Shown: one piece after another, positions 9,477-14,133 of the stretch
Numbering within the stretch: the stretch's first letter is position 1
How the letters are laid out: the number at the start of each line of letters is the position of its first letter
Assembly: GCA_009103225.1 (NCBI GenBank)
Contig: RHPI01001043.1
Span: forward strand, 1-14,133
Length of the DNA stretch: 14,133 nucleotides
Reading direction: 5' to 3'
From: Chlorokybus atmophyticus
Taxonomy: Eukaryota > Plantae > Mesostigma and Chlorokybus algae
The notes under the pieces: model-generated
The model's input: only the letters and a program-made list of their open reading frames with translations
Told to the model about the DNA's origin: nothing
The model's database searches: none
Position numbers and translations under genes: made by a program

Positions 9477-12029
9477 ATGGCCGCGCCTGTGTGTGATTGC
9501 CATCGCGACGAGAGAGAGGGGAGGATCCAGGAGAGGAGTCTTGTCGGCAAGGTTGCGTGGTCGGGGTTTCGCCATCTGTGGGGTGGTTGCAAAGATGACC
9601 TGCTTCGCTTTGTGATGCCGGGCAACGGTGAGCAATGCTGCATGCCGCACGGACTCACTCGGACACTCCTGTCCTGTCAAGCCATGGTGATGATGCATGC
9701 TTCTGTCTGCGAAGCTGCTCGCGCATGGGCAGCCTACCGCTGGGTGCACAGAGCGCTTGTTTGTGTTTGCACTGCCACTTGTGCTCACCTTTGTCGCTAA
9801 TTATGATGTGCCACATCTAACCACCTCTCCCTCGCAGTCTTTCGGCCGGAAGCTTTTCTCCTTGCTGCTTTGGTGCGCTGGTTCTACGGTGATGACAATT
9901 GCTCCGAATGGCTGAAACAGGCAAGGCTTGTCTGGTCTCCGTGCACTTTGGTATGCCTTGTACGTCTCACCCGCTGCATGTAAGACGAGCTTTGGATCAG
10001 TTCATTGCATCTTCTCTGGTTACAACAACACCATCTACAGATTTTTGCTTTTTGATATGATTAGTCAACAGTTCCTCAATCTCATCAGCACGAGAGAATA
10101 GTTGTGCAAATGTATATGTGCGCACCAAAGCGGGGCTCTACTAGTCTTCATGCGCCATGTATCCAGCGAATGTGTTTGGCCATGTCAGCACCTTTACAAG
10201 CGAAAGTTGCTAATGTTGTGCGTAAGTGGTTGCGTTATTATGCAAGCTGCGTGACCTCACACCTTCTTGCGCCCTCAAACAAGCTGTAGACTAATCTCCC
10301 TCGGTCCCTTTATCTGCTCAAGGGATTGCTTGCCTTCGCTTGACTTTTGGTAATCCTGCTTCTCACCTTGGCAGGGTAATAACGACAAGCTGGATTGGGC
10401 GGCAAGGGCTCTGTGGGACTTTGAACAAAAAACGCACAAGGCCCCAAAACAGCTGCTCAGCAACTGCACCGATTTTCTTAAAGACAGCGTAATGATAAGG
10501 GATGATGGTCAGCCTCTAGAGTCAAAGGCGAGTTCCCAAATAAAGTTGTTCTAAATCGCTTGCGGTTTTGCGACTTCATGGCGCCACATTCGCTTACCAA
10601 ATCGCCCACCAGAAGAAAAAGTAGATTTTCCGCATACCATCCCCAATACCGGCACAAATAAAAGTGTGGGCTTTTCGTTTAGCGACGGCACGCCTGCCGC
10701 TGAAACGCTCCTTGGTATGGGCCATGCACACCTAGCGGTTGCTTTTCGTGGCCTTGGCTGCATGCGGGGCCTGTTCCGCAGAACAGCATTGCGCGCCGCA
10801 TGTTGCCATGATGCACTTTGCTTCGTAGCGAGCTGCAGTCGACTCAGTGACTGACGCATATGCGTGTGTGTGGCAGATCGTATTTTCAGCGCACCAAGTG
10901 GCTGCCAGGTAGAGGTGTCTGTCGCAGGGTGGCATAGCATGTCAAAGTCTTATGGCCTACGCTCAGCTTTGGTCAACCCAATGTGGCTGTCACCTGCATA
11001 GGTTGGGCCCTTAGCTCAAGCTGGTGGTGCCCAGCTGCAGGGATCTGGGACGGACTCAAATGGTGGGCAGGTATGTTCAGCATCAACAATTGTGTAGACA
11101 GCCAACAGATCATAATAGTGCACATTGTGAAAGAACAAGCTGTGCCTCAGGAGGACCCTCCAGTGGGCGATGAACACAATATGGAGGTGGTTCCTTTGCT
11201 ACTGGTTCTTATCGCATGTTGTGCATTTGAGGCAACCTGCAATTGCTGTTGAGCTTCTGTGTTTTGTGGGAGTATTGTTGTGTTGCTCAGAGTTGGTTGT
11301 CGTGCCATACGCTCAGCTTGGTCAATGCAACCTGGCTGTTGCCTATACAGGTTGATCATGAGCCTCTTGAGAGGTTGCCTCCAGCCGGTGGCGCCCAGTT
11401 GCCGTGCCATACGCTCAGCTTGGTCAATGCAACCTGGCTGTTGCCTACGCAGGTTGATCATGAGCCTCTTGAGAGGTTGCCTCCAGCCAGTGGCGCCCAG
11501 TCACCGATAGTTGGATGGTTGGAAGGAAGCGATGGGCAGGTATGTGTAACCTCAAGAAACATATATATAGCCAGTACAGAGCCTTTGACGTCAGTACAAA
11601 CCAGGCTGTGCCTTAACAGAAATTGATATGCAGCGGCTTCCTAGTGAGGCTTCAACAGCGGGCTGTCGAAGCGACAACCCTAGGGACGCCAGGCTGGGAA
11701 AACTGGAGGTGATGCCTGCGTTTGCTAGTGGGGTTTAACTCGCACGCCTTGCAGTGTTAGGCAACGTGCAATAAATTCTGGTTGTAAACGTCTCGTGTAT
11801 GAATTGTTTTTTCGTGGTTCAGGCCATGCTGTCCAAGCTTCTTATGAATAGCAATGGTGAATACCTCGATGCCAGTGACCAGAAGGTAATTTCTGGGCGG
11901 ACTTGCGCTGATGCCAATGCCGGCGCGGATTTCCGCAAATTGCACATCCAGTATTAACTTGAGTGTCTTCAGGAGTCGTCCGCTGAAAAGAAACAGGCTG
12001 CGCTTGACGAGCTCGAGAATTTGTTGTAA
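9477..12029 (+). CDS. Tentative multi-exon hypothetical protein (orphan); exon 3 unresolved
   Basis: Phase-consistent candidate exons: 9477-9627, 9838-9950, (10072 or 10102)-10221, 10375-10507, 10613-10714, 10877-10908, 11002-11070, 11151-11186, 11351-11539, 11595-11708, 11823-11885, 11973-12029, all with GT/AG ends. The last exons read AMLSKLLMNSNGEYLDASDQK|ESSAEKKQAALDELENLL*. Exon 3 has a TAG at 10099 unless that TAG is itself the acceptor. No domain recognised. Confidence 0.4.
11298..11501. repeat. 102-bp tandem duplication (2 near-identical copies) containing a splice acceptor and exon start
   Basis: The unit GTGCCATACGCTCAGCTTGGTCAATGCAACCTGGCTGTTGCCTA..CAG|GTTGATCATGAGCC...GGCGCCCAG starts at 11302 and 11404, with only about 4 mismatches seen. 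Confidence 0.95.
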
Positions 12030-12204
12030 TGCATGAGCGTGAGTTGCGAGAGCGTCAGCACAATGCCATGAGAGTGCCTGTGTTGCTTGCTGCCCATCGG
12101 CTAGTGCAGCAGGGGCCAACCCGTTCCGGGAGTTTGGTTTGCTAGCTTGTTGTATTCTGTGTAGGTGTATAGCGCGTTTTGGATTACCCAAAGGTAGTGT
12201 GCTG

Positions 12205-12608
12205 TTAGCGGCTGCTTCTACTGGCGGCTGATTGCCGTGGTATTGAAGACAACCATATCTGAAGCTTTTGCCAGCTTGAGCTCAGGATTAGGTCCCGGGT
12301 CATACAGGTTTGTCTGGGTAGACACACAGAATGAAATCCAAGTTGAAGCATGTAAGGGCTTGCGATGACTTCATGGTTCCCACACAGCATGCGCTGCTCG
12401 TGTGTCACATGCATTTTGCACTTGTTGCTGGCATTATACACATTGCTTACAGTGCCTGCTTGGAAACCAGTGTCCTGTGTGCCACGTTGAGGATGGCACA
12501 CAGGATACAAACCTGTATCACGCGTGTCAATTGTGCAAGTGTGAGTGCGCAAGCGTCGTGCTTACTGAGATCTTCAAGATGATGTATGTGTGTACTCGAT
12601 ATCTCAGC
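12205..12608 (-). CDS. Possible small spliced gene fragment (hypothetical), reading frame ambiguous
   Basis: Candidate exons 12608-12566, 12512-12451 and 12313-(12218 or 12205), with two strong GTAAGC donors and CAG acceptors. Two different frames stay open across the chain; no domain recognised. Confidence 0.2.
12470..12508. other. Inverted repeat / hairpin, 15-bp stem (one G-T pair) with 9-nt loop
   Basis: GTGTCCTGTGTGCCA-CGTTGAGGA-TGGCACACAGGATAC. Confidence 0.75.
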
Positions 12609-13168
12609 CTGCCACACGCGCAACTGCGCATTGCAACATGGTTCAGCACACAGGATAACCTCATGCACGTGGTGTCCGCGCAGGGGTATAAGTTTGCCAA
12701 TGAGTCAAGTTCAACCCTCTGGCATCAAGAGTTGTACTGATGCCACAACGCAGGTACAATGATAGATATCCGCAAATATTTGCGCTGCCATGCATGCATG
12801 CATTGACAGTAGTGTACTGAGCGCAGCATTCGGTGATGCTGTGATATTCTGCTGAGTGCACTTTACATGAACCGTATGTGGAACACCGCAAAGTGTGCAG
12901 CCAAGCGCATGCGCCTTTGCAACATTAAGCGTACCGGCAACCTGCAGCCGCTGGCAAGTATGCGACGCGTATGTGGCAAGTGCACTGTGAGAATGCTTTT
13001 GCATAAAGGAGCTCTAGCCTTGCCTGCGCAGCACGCTACGGGATTGACATTGTCATGTGACGCAGACCTTGAAGGGTATGCAACAGGGTTTCTAGAAAAA
13101 ACTGCAACAGCGAGAGGTACCACAAACAAAACGACACATCTCTAAATTGCCCACAGTGTCATGGCTAT

Positions 13169-13170
<2 letters not shown>

Positions 13171-13251
<81 letters not shown>
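13171..13251. repeat. (AC)40 microsatellite followed by a single N
   Basis: Uninterrupted AC dinucleotide run 13171-13251; N at 13252. Confidence 0.97.
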
Positions 13252-13304
13252 NTGAACAGCTGACTGATTGTAATTATGTGGCTGGCTATGCTGCCTTGAT
13301 AAGG

Positions 13305-13989
13305 TCAGCCGCGGAAGGAGCCAGCAACGTACTCCACCGCCTGAACGACGGCCGGGTTGAGACGGAACTGCTTCTCATACGTGAAGCGGTGGTTGATTTG
13401 GCTCCTGGGCATGCGAGGGCCGTCGTCGAAGGTAAGCTGCATGAGAACGCGGCCGTCCCCGCCGATGAAGCTGTTGATGCACAAAACAGTCACGCAGCCA
13501 TACGCAGCAGGAGGAGAGACGCACAGCCAACATGAACAGTCCTCAAAGATATCATGATCGATGGAGCACTGTTGAACATGGAGGGGAGGAAATGCTGCAC
13601 CTGATGGTAGGCTGGCGGATGACGTCCGCCCTTAACGTCCTCCTCGTGTACATCATGCAGGACAGGTCGCCTTCGCCGCTGGGTTGCATGCGGATGCGGA
13701 GGTTGTCGATCCTCGTGTCGCCCGCACGGGACTCTGCGCCCCACGTGGCGACCTTGGAGCCGTCGGCGTGGCGCTGCACCTGCACCCAGCCGCGCAAGAC
13801 GAAGCTCAGCCGCGGACCAAGCAGCCGCAGAGAGTGTGAAAACACGCCAGCGAGCCTGGCAGCTGTTGAGACGTTGGGCGTGCTGCTTACCTGGACGGTG
13901 GGAATGTTGCCGCCGGCGTTGGTGGGGATGAGGCCGAGGGCGTCAGCGACGGCGTGGGCGTTGAGCGCAGCGCCGATGTACTCAGCCAT
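13305..13989 (-). CDS. Three-exon hypothetical protein, 147 aa (possibly N-terminally extended)
   Basis: Exons 13989-13891, 13779-13601, 13470-13305; introns 13780-13890 (GTAAGC..CAG) and 13471-13600 (GTGCAG..CAG) are in matching phase; start context ACCATGG; codons are strongly C/G-ending. Product: MAEYIGAALNAHAVADALGLIPTNAGGNIPTVQVQRHADGSKVATWGAESRAGDTRIDNLRIRMQPSGEGDLSCMMYTRRTLRADVIRQPTISFIGGDGRVLMQLTFDDGPRMPRSQINHRFTYEKQFRLNPAVVQAVEYVAGSFRG. Confidence 0.75.
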
Positions 13990-14072
13990 GGTGTCGGGGC
14001 GGAGGCAGGCAACGGCAGGGGGCACTGGCGTGTGCCTGCTCGCATGCATGTTGGAACATATATACACGCATG

Positions 14073-14133
14073 CACCCACCCCCCCCAAACCCCCCCAACC
14101 CTATCCCCACCCACCCACCCAACCCCACCCCCT
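14073..14133. repeat. C-rich low-complexity tract (CCCA/AACCC-like) at window end
   Basis: CACCCACCCCCCCCAAACCCCCCCAACCCTATCCCCACCCACCCACCCAACCCCACCCCCT. Confidence 0.8.

Noticed and set aside
11757-12191. 144-aa minus-strand ORF
   Set aside because: It lies antisense to the last two exons of the plus-strand model, which have clean splice sites and phases. It has a non-ATG start and no recognisable motif, so it is treated as a shadow ORF (not fully excluded).
12122-12217. Protein-like continuation (KQPLTAHYLWVIQNALYTYTEYNKL...) after the TAG at 12218 on the minus strand, suggesting readthrough
   Set aside because: An open stretch of under 40 codons after a stop is common by chance, and the upstream gene model is itself weak.
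12771-12784. Perfect 14-bp palindrome CGCAAATATTTGCG
   Set aside because: It is a single isolated occurrence; one such palindrome in 14 kb is not far from chance (another, TGCAGTGCACTGCA, lies at ~3492).
13161-13535. (Thr-His)n ORF on the plus strand
   Set aside because: It is a translation of the (AC)40 microsatellite followed by the antisense of exon 3 of the 147-aa gene.

Overview
Left end of a chromosome from an intron-rich microbial eukaryote. It carries 14 perfect TAACCC telomere units (TTAGGG type), short GT-AG introns mostly ~60-170 nt, and AC/poly-G/GTATT simple repeats. The style resembles a choanoflagellate such as Salpingoeca, but this is unverified. Manual splicing gives the following. 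(1) 98..2258 (+): a 9-exon gene starting 13 nt from the perfect telomere array. It fuses an NSD/NERD-type PHD finger plus Cys/His knuckle to a Ulp1/C48 SUMO-protease domain; the catalytic His-Asp-Cys is intact, but there are two in-frame TAG codons and one broken donor (probable recent pseudogene). (2) 2465..3026: an AT-rich block with a 61-bp tandem repeat and nine copies of a TGAA-NN-TTCA-like palindrome. (3) 4977..>=8232 (-): a TPR-like + CHAT (caspase-fold) protease gene with intact His/Cys dyad. (4) 9477..12029 (+): a tentative many-exon orphan gene containing a recent 102-bp duplication of a splice acceptor/exon module. (5) 13305..13989 (-): a GC3-rich 3-exon orphan gene of 147 aa. No RNA genes, CRISPR arrays or transposase were recognised. 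All family assignments come from motif recognition by eye, not database searches.
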